From the NCBI GenBank assembly GCA_038496445.1, contig JALMLS010000322.1, positions 868,001-932,000 of the forward strand: a stretch of DNA of 64,000 nt, in the 5' to 3' direction. Below are positions 52,047-63,559 of this stretch, piece after piece (the stretch's first letter is position 1; the number at the start of each line of letters is the position of its first letter). The notes beneath the pieces were generated by a model. The model did no database searches. It had not been told where the DNA came from and was given only the letters and a program-made list of their open reading frames with translations. A program made the translations under genes and the position numbers. The DNA is from Trichosphaerium sp. ATCC 40318 (Eukaryota > Protista > Tubulinea).

Positions 52047-52382
52047 TCACTTTTCTTTTAGTGATAACCATCCCTTTGTTAGTTCTGGTATATTGGCGGC
52101 CTTTCCGTTATCTTTAAACTCAATGATGTAGTCATTTCCTCCAAAATTAGCTGTTTTCAAGTTATTACGATAATCTGACTTGAAAGTAACTGTGCCGTTC
52201 TTTTCTTTCCATTTGCCTGAATATACAGTGCCTGCAGCCGAAAATTCTTCATTTCTCACTGTACAGTCGCCGTCTTTGTATAATATGATAGCTGTAACTG
52301 CGTTATATGGTTTCTGATGGAAAGGGGCTGGTTTGTAGCAGCCATAGAATAAATCACTTTTGCCTAGCTTTTTATGCGCCAT
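52047..52382 (-). CDS. Small hypothetical beta-rich protein
   Basis: Intronless ORF from MAHKKLG; ILYKDGDCTV..YSGKWKEKNGTVTF. Confidence 0.6.
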   Translation of the reverse strand: MAHKKLGKSDLFYGCYKPAPFHQKPYNAVTAIILYKDGDCTVRNEEFSAAGTVYSGKWKEKNGTVTFKSDYRNNLKTANFGGNDYIIEFKDNGKAANIPELTKGWLSLKEK

Positions 52383-52594
52383 GTGTACTTTCTTCGTGAT
52401 CTGGCCGCTTGTGTATGTTGCCAGCAGGGTTTTACAAATGCTTAACACAAAACTCCGTCGTTCACTTAATTACGAATGACTTGTCGCTGTTTGCAAAACT
52501 TAACGTATTATATTCGATTTGGTGTCGTTCAAGTTGTTGCTGTTTGTGACTTTGGTTTTCGTGTTTAGTCAGATTTGGCATATCTTGCAACTTC

Positions 52595-52731
52595 TGTTAG
52601 TTCTTGCAAGATCTGTCAAAAACGTACAAGAGCTGACGGATCTTGTCAGTTCTGGAAAAAACAAAATCCATTTGTACAAATTATTACAGAACTTACAAGA
52701 TCTGTCAGTTTTGTTAGTTCTTGCAAGATCT
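52595..52731. repeat. 20-bp direct repeat with agatct/tcttgcaaga palindromic sub-repeats
   Basis: tgttagttcttgcaagatct at 52595-52614 and 52712-52731. Confidence 0.7.
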
Positions 52732-52848
52732 TACACTTTGATACTTCTGCCAAACATGTTGCAAACTTGAATGATACGGAACAATAGTTGAAAGAAACCG
52801 GAAGCAAACTTCATTTTAACTTTTTATTGGTTGGCAACTATTGGTTTT

Positions 52849-53907
52849 TTAAGATGTTATAAAATGCATGTGATAAAAAAACTTTTCAGTAGCAAATACA
52901 ACATCAGTGGTATTACCATCATATGAATTAACAGCTACTTTTGTAATACGTCCATGTGCATCAGGTAATATTGCTTTACCAAATGTACCATACTTATCAC
53001 AAAGAGCAGATAACTTATCCATATCTTTCTCAATTCTTTCTTTAAAGTCAAAACGGGTCATACCGTTTACCAAATGAGGCCAAGAATCTACTTCTGTAAG
53101 GACTTGTCGTGTTATTTCTGGTATATCTGATGATACAGCATCTCCTTTGACGCTATTCCATACTCTGAAGATATATTCTTCACCACTTGGTGTAACGCCA
53201 TAGACAGTATTGTACCTAACAAAAAAAGTAAATCTTGTGTTTTTTTTTCTTGGTATTTTCCCAGATTTCAAAGACCCTCTAAAGCGTTTTGTGAAAGCGC
53301 CTTGAATAAAAGATACATATAACTATGCACAGTTGTTGTATTTTTGAACATAAGGTGGATAGACGTTGAAATCTTTGTTCTTTCTTTTTTTTGCTTTTTT
53401 TTTTTTGATCAAACAAAAGAACGTACTCTGATGCCGAACACTTGTGTCCTGCAGCTTCTGATACTTCCACCCAACTCCAGTACAGTCCTGTCATGCTAGC
53501 CCTATCCCCTATCAAGTCAATAGGAGTTGGCGGGCACGCGAAATTGGCATTTTTCGGGAATGTTCCTTTTTTGATGTTTATTGTGTTATTTGTTCCTGTG
53601 TTGTTTCGTCTACTACAGAAAGCGTTGGCAGCAACGCATTCAAATGAGATAGTTGGCTCTTTCTTTCTGTTTATGATATCAACTCGTACGTCAAAGTCGC
53701 CACCATATATCTTAACGCTAAGAGGAAGGGTAAGAGACAAGTTCCGTTACCTGAACATTCGTACGAATTGAAATAATCTACTACATCTTGTCTCTCGTGT
53801 TCAAAGGTCCTGCAAGACGCTGTTATTACTCTTTGCATTTTAATAACGGGAAAATCGACATTTTCGATTGTAGATAGGTCTAATTGCGCTAAACTGCCAG
53901 TAGCCAT
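52849..53907 (-). CDS. Hypothetical multi-exon protein
   Basis: ORFs 53671-53949, 53279-53740 and 52849-53271 linked by plausible introns; ATG 53907. Confidence 0.65.
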
Positions 53908-54179
53908 GATGAAATGATGGTTTGAACGAATTTGACGTTGATTGAACAAGTTTGACTATCAATGTACTCTCTGTTCTTCTAGTCGCTATAGCTGCGCTTC
54001 TGTAGATCACATAAGGTACTAGCGTAATTAGTACGTGCTATGAATGTGTTATACTTGAGTCTGCCTAAAAAGCTCTTTGCGCCTCTTCACACCCTCAGAA
54101 TATAATGGTAACACGCGTCACAATGCTTAAAAAATGTTTATTTGCGTTTTGAATAATAACAATTAAAAACGTTGTTTAG

Positions 54180-56047
54180 TCACGCGTTAGCACTAACTAC
54201 TGGCGTCTGACATCAAACCAACGTAAAAAATTCAATGACATTGGAGAAACACTAAACGTCATGGTGTTATCCGATTGGGAAGGTAAAACACAACGAGATA
54301 TTGTAACAAACGGTGGATCTGGCATTTTAAAAAAGTAAGACAGCAACGAAATGACATTTTAACGAAAAAGTCGGTTCTTCGTGTTTACTGCCTGTGTATA
54401 CTCATAGTGGTAGGTATAATGGTTCTATACATAATGCTGTATCTTCTATATACCCTGAGCGTAACTGGGTGTCATATCTCTTTCAGTACGTCGTCGTACA
54501 AAGTTGGGTTTTTTTTCTTTTCTCATTTCGAAATAAGCCACTCGCCAAGAGGTGTATGGTCAGAGGTTTCAATGATGAAACACGTGTTCAATGATATAGC
54601 GAAAAAATATAATATAACAGTGCTCTCTGGATGGTATACACTAACGTTTGATGACATGGATACAACAGGAAAAATGATAATCAACTACAAGTGCGTTGTT
54701 GTATTTCTCATTTTTTTCTGATAATCAAAAACCCGGCTTTAAGATTCAATGGTTCATTATCAGCAGCCCTGAATGAATTGTTTCCTAAACATGACTGGAA
54801 ACCATGGTTGTTCAAGTAAGGTTATTAAGTACGTATGTTTCATACTTATAGCTACAAGGCATGTACCTCACGGTGTATGGGAAGATATAGAAAATCAGGT
54901 TGGACAACTAGATGTAATTGCAAGAGATTTATCGGTTAAGGTATTGGATGACTGGTATCGCATACCACATGAAGTCATCAGTGATAATGATAATAGGCTA
55001 TTATTATTGTATGTATTGCGCAATGCTACTGAAAGTACTAACAATTTCAGGCACAATAACTCTCTTCCAACTCTGTTAAAAACTCTTTATCCAAACCACA
55101 AGTGGCAGGCTTGGAAGTTCTACAAGTGAGTATTCTTTGATTAATAGTTATAGTTTATATACTCATGTCATTTTTGAAGGGATCCTAAGGTGTCTGTACC
55201 TAAAAAGAAGAGACCAAAGTTTCATTTCTTGGCAAACAAATTTCTTCTCGAAAGTGAAAAAAAAGAATACTTGCCTTCACAAAACGTTTTAATCAACCAG
55301 CGTCTTGAATTCGATATTATAGGACATAATATCGGTATAAAAACTCTGAGTGATTGGTATGATGTATCTTACAAGGACATATACGATAAAGGAGCTAGAG
55401 ATATTCTATCAAGATATAACGGTTCTTTATCTTGTTTTTTAAAAACAGCTTACCCAGCATTTCAGTGGGCATCATGGAGGTTGAACAAGTAAGTAACATA
55501 TGCTTGGTAGAGAATCATAGTATCAAAGCAAACGAGAAGTAAATTCAAGCGTTTTTCAAGCTTCACGTGGCTGTGATTTTTGTGAGCTTCTTTGACTCTT
55601 GTTTTGTCTTTGTCTTTTTTAATTCGTACTTACTTAGTACATAGACATAAGCCATCACACTATGCTGTAAAACACTGGTCTTTAGAATATAATCAAAAAG
55701 CGTTTCTACGACACTTAGAACAAGTTCTTGACATTCGTGACCCATTGTCCTGGTATGCTTATCTTTTTCTTTTGTTGTTAGTAGCTACCGCTAATTGTAC
55801 CTCCTTAGGTATCATGTGTCTCAATCACAAATATCTCGTCACGGTGGACACAGTATTCTTAGCTATTATCCGGCAGTACTAAACACAATACATCCCACAA
55901 TAGAATGGCAAACACGACTCTTTTCTTCAAAAGTTGTTGCGAAAAAAAGTCAGCAACAGTAAGTCATTAAACCCTTTCTCAATGCCATAAATGTTAACCA
56001 AGTTTTAAAGTGCACTGAAAAGATACTCTTTGAGTCTGTTTGATTAG
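54180..56047 (+). CDS. Trp-rich ~70-aa repeat protein lacking the nuclease domain (5' end unresolved)
   Basis: Five repeats such as LSDWYDVSYKDIYDKGARDILSRYNGSLSCFLKTAYPAFQWASWR; ends KKSQQHALKRYSLSLFD*. Confidence 0.78.
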
Positions 56048-56365
56048 TAAAACATCGGTATCATTACAATTGTACATAAAATAAAGCTCATAATTTGTAT
56101 CTTTGAAAGAATTTTATACATAGCCCGCGACGTCTGAATTTCACATGTCTGACTATCCATCAATCTTACCTTGATCTAAATGCAAAGAAATAGACAGCAA
56201 ACTATTCTCTCAGAGGCTTTGTTTGTACTACGAGGAGTCTTACATCAAATATATAATAATACCAAGAGTCACATGTGACTCTTATTGTCGGCGAAAGTCA
56301 AGTTATTCAAAATCTCCGACAATCATTGTGTATCAAGTGCGTTAGTTGTTATTATCTTTCTTTAT

Positions 56366-57089
56366 TTACAGTAACTCAGAGAATTTACTTAAATCTCTGT
56401 CTATTAGATAAATACCAGTTCCAGCACCCATCCGTCTTATCATTGTTATAATCCCGGCAGTTTTTTTAAGTGACTTAAGTTGATCTTCAAAAAACCCTGT
56501 TGCTAGAAAAAAACACATCTGTGGGTCTGTATGCTTCTCTGCTATACAATGTAATGCTAAAAGCTTATCATGGATTTCGTGTTCATGCTGTAAAACAGTA
56601 TCAAAGCAAGTAAGTGCTGTGAACTCCGATGGTTGTTCTGGAATTGCCGAAAACTTCGCTCGTCCTCCTCTCAGGTTCTAACAGACAGTTATCAGCAAAT
56701 AATTAACTCACAAGCGTTGCTTCTTGTGAAAAGCGCATGGATGAGTGCGGAAAGCACTTAAAACTAATGAAACACGTGCGTACCTGATAAGAAATGAGTT
56801 TTTGCGCTTTCGCGCTTTCGGCCTTTGATCTCGCTGAAAAATAGTCTCGGAAGCCAGGTAACGCTACATCTGCTCTATCAAAGTACGCAGCCATCGCTTC
56901 GAACCTTAATAAACGAGTGAGACTAGTTTAGAGTACAAACAAAGACTCATCAAAAACGTTGTAAACAAGAAGCTCTTGGTCTACTTACGCGTATGCTAGT
57001 GTCTTTACAGCGTGTATGTAAGTGTTAAGCTGGCTCTCTTCTTCGCTGTGATATCCATGGCTACAAAGGGAAAGATTTAAGGAGGTCAT
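56366..57089 (-). CDS. Ferritin with degenerate ferroxidase centre
   Basis: Three exons: MAAYFDRADVALPGFRDYF..QNLRGGR..DPQMCFFL..RMGAGTGIYLIDRDL. Confidence 0.92.
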
Positions 57090-57822
57090 GCTACGACAGT
57101 ATGGTGTTTTGTTAAAGTGCTGTGACGTATTACTGAAATTGATTTTTCACGTGGGTTGGTCTTTGCCCTTTTTTAGTAAGTTATCCACGCTTTAGTGTGC
57201 GTACATAAACGACTGTTCCCATGTGTTTTGTTATAATAAATGTAATCTATCATGTGAAAAGCGCGTGAAACGTCGGGCAGGAATAACATCATCAGATTTC
57301 TTACTGTAGGCCTTCCCGATGGTACTCCCAGTTTTTGAAGAACATGGCTTTATAAATTAGTACTGTTCAAACATTCTCATGATACTGTGCTAGAACAGTA
57401 TTTAACCTCATCGTATTCATATCGGCAAGGCAACGACAAACGTCTTTTGTTGGGCTTTCGTAAGCCCTCTCTAAGGAAAAGGGAGAAGAAAACTAATTTT
57501 TCGAAAACCACGTGATTGGCTACATACACGAAGAACTAGTTTCAAATATGAGGTATAGCTTACAGCTATACCCATGAAGCTGCTTTGAATCTCAAAACTA
57601 CTTCTAAAATGCTATGTCAAATTGCAAAACAAAACCAACCCTGTTTGGGTTTGTTAACATAACACCTCAAGTGTGAAATGTGAGCGTATATCGATTTTAA
57701 GCTACACTGAATCTATTGTGTGAGTGTTGTCAAAACCTAAATACCTGCGTGTTGGGTTGAAACACCTTCTACGGCGAAATTGATTCGCTTAACAATGCGA
57801 CTTAGATCACGGCTTTACGCAG

Positions 57823-58733
57823 ATGCAACGTATGCGTTTAGCATCAATACTGCTCAGTATTATGGCCCTAGGCCTTGTATCATCCGCGTTTCTACTATTT
57901 GTACTTATTAATCACTCGGAAGGCTATTTTACGCACCCCCACATGAAGTACCGCACATAGAAAGAAAAGTTGAAAATGGTGCAAACAGTGTGAATTTTGG
58001 TAAAAACGTTCCTTCAGACATTAAAGTCAAAGCACTCTCATGGCATCCAAGGATATTCACCTTTGAAAACTTCTTAACGCCTGAGGAATGTGATATTCTT
58101 ATAGAACAATCAAAACCCTTGAGTAGCACGGCAGTTGTCCTGAAGAACGGTGGAGGAAGAGTTCTTGGCAATACAGTGACATCAAAAATCTCAGGCGTCA
58201 TAGGAAACGCTTCGACTGATGTCATCATAAAACGGATTGCAACATACTCACATATCCCAGAAAAGCACCATGAACCTCTACGATTATTATCATATAAACC
58301 TGGACAATACTTTCGTGGTCACTTGGATGCACATCCAAAAGAAGGCATGCCAACGACAACAAGAGTAGCAACAATGTTTATCTACTTGACAGATGATTTC
58401 TCAGGAGGTGAAACAGTTTTCCCTCTTGCTGTACCTGCTGATGGTAAGAAACAAGTGATACCAGATCATTGCTCTGGGTATCAAGGAAAAGATCCAAATA
58501 AACAAACAAAAGAAGAGATTGAAGCTTACCTTGATGGTTCGGAGAAAGAATTTGGAAACGAGAAAGATCCTCTTGCTGGGTTAGTTGTAAAACCAAAGAG
58601 AGGCATGGCAATACTTTGGTGGAATAGAGACACTGAGAACAATATCAACCTTAATAGCAAACATGCAGGTTGTCCTCTTATTAGTGGTAGAAAGTATGCT
58701 GCAGTGACATGGATGCATTATAAAAAGAGATAA
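57823..58733 (+). CDS. Prolyl 4-hydroxylase alpha (2OG-Fe(II) dioxygenase)
   Basis: Signal-anchor exon; LSWHPRIF..FLTPEEC, HLD, RVATMFIYL, HAGCPLISGRKY. Confidence 0.92.
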
Positions 58734-59524
58734 TATTTTCTCCCAATTTATTTATTCACACGTGTTTAGAAGTATTTGTTCTTGAAAGAAGTGATGAACA
58801 CAAAGCTTATAGTAGAGATAAAGATGATAGCTCGCGCTGTATGCATATTTACAAGTGTGAAATTCATCCAACAGAAGAATTTGGTCATAAAGAATAAAGC
58901 ACGTTTACGTATGTTCGTACTCATTCTGTCTACTTGAAAAGTCAAAGGAAAAGTTGTGATCAAGATAAGGCTAGAATCTTTTTACGTCGAGTCACTGATT
59001 ACCAACGGTTGTTGACATGTTGTAATAGCACTAACATCTTGTTTTGTGAAACGTTATACTCGTACAAGGAAAAATCTTAGAATAATGAGAAAGTTTTGGT
59101 TTTTATTAATTTTAGTTTTAAGGCATAACTTTTTTCATTACAAGCAAAAGGCCATAAATCCCTATTGCATGCAAAAGCAACTATTAACCAAATCTTTGTA
59201 TTGCGGAACAACACGAGAAGGTACGATTTGCTTTGAAGACGAGAGTTAAAGTTTTTACTTCTTGTTCACACTCAAAATCTCACTGTGACATGTTCCCATA
59301 CGCCATTAAATCAATTATTTCAACACGTAAAAGCGCTTTTAAGGCTTAAAGCCAAAATGATCATCATAACAAAATCATCTTAAATTGACTTCCAACGCTA
59401 ATATACACTGTAGATTACATTGCTGATTCTATTTGGAAAGCCCTTATTAATTGATAAACTAAAAAAGGTAAAATAACCTTTCCCGCTTGTTTTTCACTGT
59501 TAGCTTACTCTCTTAACTATGTAG

Positions 59525-60987
59525 ATGACAACACTAAAACATTTAAAGACAATAACGAGCCTAACAAAGAGTGAAATAAACTTTATTATTTCAAAAGCTA
59601 TTGAGCTTAAAGCGAACCCTGGCGCTTTCAGGGAATCAGCACAAGATAAGACTATCCTACTGTTGTTCCAGAAGCCATCATTGCGTACACGTGTCAGTTT
59701 CGAGACAGGTGAGGCATCACGTGACGCGATTTCTTTGACTAATTTGTTTCCGAGGTATGACTCAACTTGGCGGCCACGCCATCTTCTATCCGAACCAATT
59801 CTCTCCTCTTGGTTCAAAGGAGAGTACCTCTGATACTGCTAAAGTACTTTCTCGCTATGTAGACATCATCTGTGCACGGTACGATCTCATGAAGAAAGCT
59901 AATCTTTTTTCCTTCTTTTGAAAAAACCCAGAAAAACTAACTTATTTTTCAGCGTATACGATCGTAAAATGATTGACGACCTCGCTAAATATGCTACTGT
60001 ACCTGTTATCAATATGCTAGATGACTTTGCGCATCCTTGTCAGATAATGTGCGATTTTATGACTCTTCAAGGTATGTGACCGTTTAACGCCTCTATAACC
60101 CATCTTATTGGTGGTACTTTGTGATCAGGCAATGGTTGTGTGTTCAGCCACTGCATAACTGACAAAAAAGAACCAAGAAATTTCTGGGTTTTTTGCCGTC
60201 TTTTTTTTCTGACTATGCTATTAGAAAAGAAAAAGAGTCTGGATAATCTCAAGTTGGTATTCTATGGAGATGGATGTAATAATGTGACATACGACTTGAT
60301 GCGCATGTGTGCTTTATTTGGTACGTGATTTCATCCAAACAAACTTTATATAAATCCACATTTGGGTTTTTTTTTCTTTTTGACTTGTGCGCCTTTACTT
60401 GATGTTAATGGGATTTGGTAGGCATTGAAATGGTTGTAGCTTGTCCTGAAGGAGAAGAATACGAGCCTGAGAAAGCAGTTCTGGAAGAAGTAGCCGCTAT
60501 ATCTGAAAAAACAGGCGCCAAAGTATGACTTGAACCAATTTCATTCTTTATATCGTTTAACTTTTTTACTTCCAAAGGTTTGCGTTGAGCATGATGCTAA
60601 GAAGGCAACCTGTAATGCTGATGTACTCTATACTGATTCTTGGATGAGTTACGGTATTCCCAAGGAAGAGGAAGCGAAGCGCAGGGCAGTTTTTGGACCA
60701 TATCAAGTAACTACCGAAATCTTGGCTCTTGCAAAACCAGACGCTATTTTCATGAACTGTCTTCCTGCTGATCGTACAGCAGAACAAACAGCGGAAGTAA
60801 TAGATGGTCCTCAAGTACGTAAAACGCTTGAACAGCTCCAAAAACAGAAAAACTTTTGCACTTTCACTTTTTTCTTTTCACGTGTTTACTCATTTTTTTT
60901 TAGTCTATTGTATTCGACCAAGCTGAGAACCGCTTACACGTTCAAAAAGCGATAATACTGTACCTGTTGAACGCGTTATCTGAGTAA
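59525..60987 (+). CDS. OTC: Ornithine carbamoyltransferase
   Basis: FQKPSLRTRVSFE, HPCQ, GDGCNNV, YTDSWMSY, FMNCLP, QAENRLH across spliced exons. Confidence 0.95.
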
Positions 60988-61089
60988 ATTCTGGAATGCC
61001 CTTAAGCGAGGAAGTTGAGAAACTAAACGCACTTATAAATATTTACTGTTTACAATCCAAACAAATAAACGTTTCCACATGTTATTGTA

Positions 61090-61270
61090 CTAAGGTTGCA
61101 AGATTAGGTTACACGTGCACAATGAAGGAGTGTATGCTGTATCACTTACAATTTGTTGTGTGATTCTACATGTGTTCATAGAAAGTGACACAGATGAAGG
61201 AATAACAGCTCTTGCTGGTGTTCAAAATATACATTAAGGGTACTTCAATTACACAAAGAGGTGTTCTTAA
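61090..61270 (+). pseudogene. Eroded short-LRR relic
   Basis: TDEGITALAGVQNIH* followed by frameshifted KGTSITQRGVL. Confidence 0.6.
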
Positions 61271-61676
61271 TTGTAGAATAAATCCGCTCGTGTGGCTACG
61301 CTAGAGCCACCAAAGACCGTCTTCCTCCCAAGCGCGTCTCCCTTATATTGACAATGTTGACCAATCTAATACCTTACCAGCTTAATTTGTTTATCACGTG
61401 ATTTTTTTGAGTACTCCAAAAAACTTTATCTAACCTCCACCGTCCGTTGTGCGCATTAACATTTAGAACCAAGTGTGTATTTGTATCCTTGCTATCTACA
61501 AGAAGCATTTTCCATTCCATTTCGCCCACGAACTAAGCAAACAAAGTCAAAACAAAAGAACGGAAAAATAGACAACAAAACTTTTTCAGAAAAGAAAGAT
61601 TGTTGACCTTGTCCATTTGTTACACAAACTGCAAAAAAAATTTACTCGTGTCCAGGAGCTATCCATCTAATACTAC

Positions 61677-63218
61677 ATGCTATATATGTTACTGTGGTAC
61701 CTATATTTCGATAATTGTGTCAGTATAATCTTGTGTGAATCAAAATCAGTCCTTGAAATTCCAAAAATTAATTGCGTACTTACAAAGCTCGCAACACATA
61801 CTAAGTGGCGAAAATTGATACAATATGCAAGTTGGCATAGGTACTGTGGGTTTTTTTTTTGCGCAGAATAACCAAACGAAATTCGCAGTGTTTGAATCGC
61901 AAGAACTAACCTGTACCTAGTTCTTACCTTCATTCTATGCGTATGCATTAGTGCTACCGTGTGTCAGGATTTAGAGCGATATACCCCGATTCAAGCCGAT
62001 TGGTCAGGGCAAAACTCAGAACCATTGGAAAGTAATTCAGCTCACGACCCTGATGGCGTTACAGCGATGACTCAAGAAATGTGGGAAGCCACAAAGTGGG
62101 ACGGCACGTTCTACAATCCTTCAAAAATGGCAAAGGAAGACTTCTACGCCGCAATATGCCCAGAGGGCGTCGTAAGGGGATTGAGAGAAGAATTTTACAA
62201 GTACAAACCTTTTGCCGATAATATGAACCCAACAAAAGCAGAAGTGGACGAATGGCATCGGATTGTTATTAACCAGATCAGAGCTCTTGTAGGTAAGTAC
62301 CTTGTATCGAATTCAATTTCTTTTAAATGGTTTTGAAGTCAAAACCTTCTAATAGTTTTGGCATAAAAAGTCACGTGACCAAAGTTCGATCTTTTTTTTT
62401 GGAACTCTACCTCAACTTGTTGAAACATTTGGTGACCTGCTTGTACACCTTTATAATAGCGTCACTTTAATTCCACGTGTTGTGTCCATTTTAGAAATTA
62501 AAGAGAGACTCTTCTGACTGTTTCTTTTACTACAGGCTTTACAAGACCGGAGGAACTAATGAATAAGGACTTTTGTATGTTTGCTCGTGCCCAATGGGGT
62601 GATGAACGCCGATCTACAACACAGTGGGACGCGAAATACCCTACCGACACCTGCCAAGGCTCTACAGATTCTCATTGTGGCGCTAGCTTCTTCCCTTCTG
62701 CAACTGATCAAGCTCCTTACTTACCTGCGGGTCACGATGCATGTGGGTCAGTAGGTGGCAGTGAAGGTACTTTTTCTATTCGGACAAACCTTCCATGGAG
62801 CTTGAAGTTGAGCCAAGCATTCTGTGGTACTTTAAACCGCGAAGGATACTGGGGCGGTCATGTTGGTCCATTCATGCGTAGAACAAAGTTCGGACTTAGC
62901 TTCTGGGATAACAAAGACGGTGGTACCACAGTAAGGGGGAAATGGACAGGGACCGTAACACCAGTGAGATTCTGCAACCCAACTGTCGCTGGTTGTGATC
63001 CAACTGATATACCTACTGTAGCTCCAACAATGTTACCAACACAGAAAGTTACAACTGAACCACCAACAAGCGAGTCTCCTCCAACTACAACTGATGCACC
63101 TGTTCCTGATCCAACAACTGATGCACCTCAAGCTACTGATGACCCAAGTACTTCAAGTGCTAATATTGTAACCACTTGTTCATCTCTCATTATTGTTATA
63201 TTCTTGGTATTAATGTAA
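61677..63218 (+). CDS. Secreted/GPI-anchored Cys- and His-containing surface protein with Pro/Thr stalk
   Basis: Exons 61959-62292 and 62536-63218; stalk of TTDAP repeats; hydrophobic C-terminus; start approximate. Confidence 0.78.
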
Positions 63219-63559
63219 AACGTTGAAAGATACAATAAAGTAGAATAGTTAGAAATTTGTGCTATGTTCGATCATAAAACAAATAGTATAAATCCTTACG
63301 ATTTCACAAGAAACAGTTTTAACAAGGTGTACTTTGTTCAAAAAAACGAATTTCACAGCGGAAAATGGAGTTATTGAGAAAGGATAAAGACGCCTTTAAT
63401 AATGAGTAACTGAGTAAGTTACTCCAAAGTAAGTATCAAATTCTAGGTTACTCATTTACACCTCAATCCCACATATGAATCGGTATGCTGTTCACCCTTC
63501 CTTAAATCCTTGTTGCCTTAAACCACGTGTATTCAAATTAAACCTCCCTTCCGCAGAAA

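Noticed and set aside
63401-63456. aatgagtaac..gttactcatt inverted repeat
   Set aside because: Only 10 bp in AT-rich DNA, with no TSD
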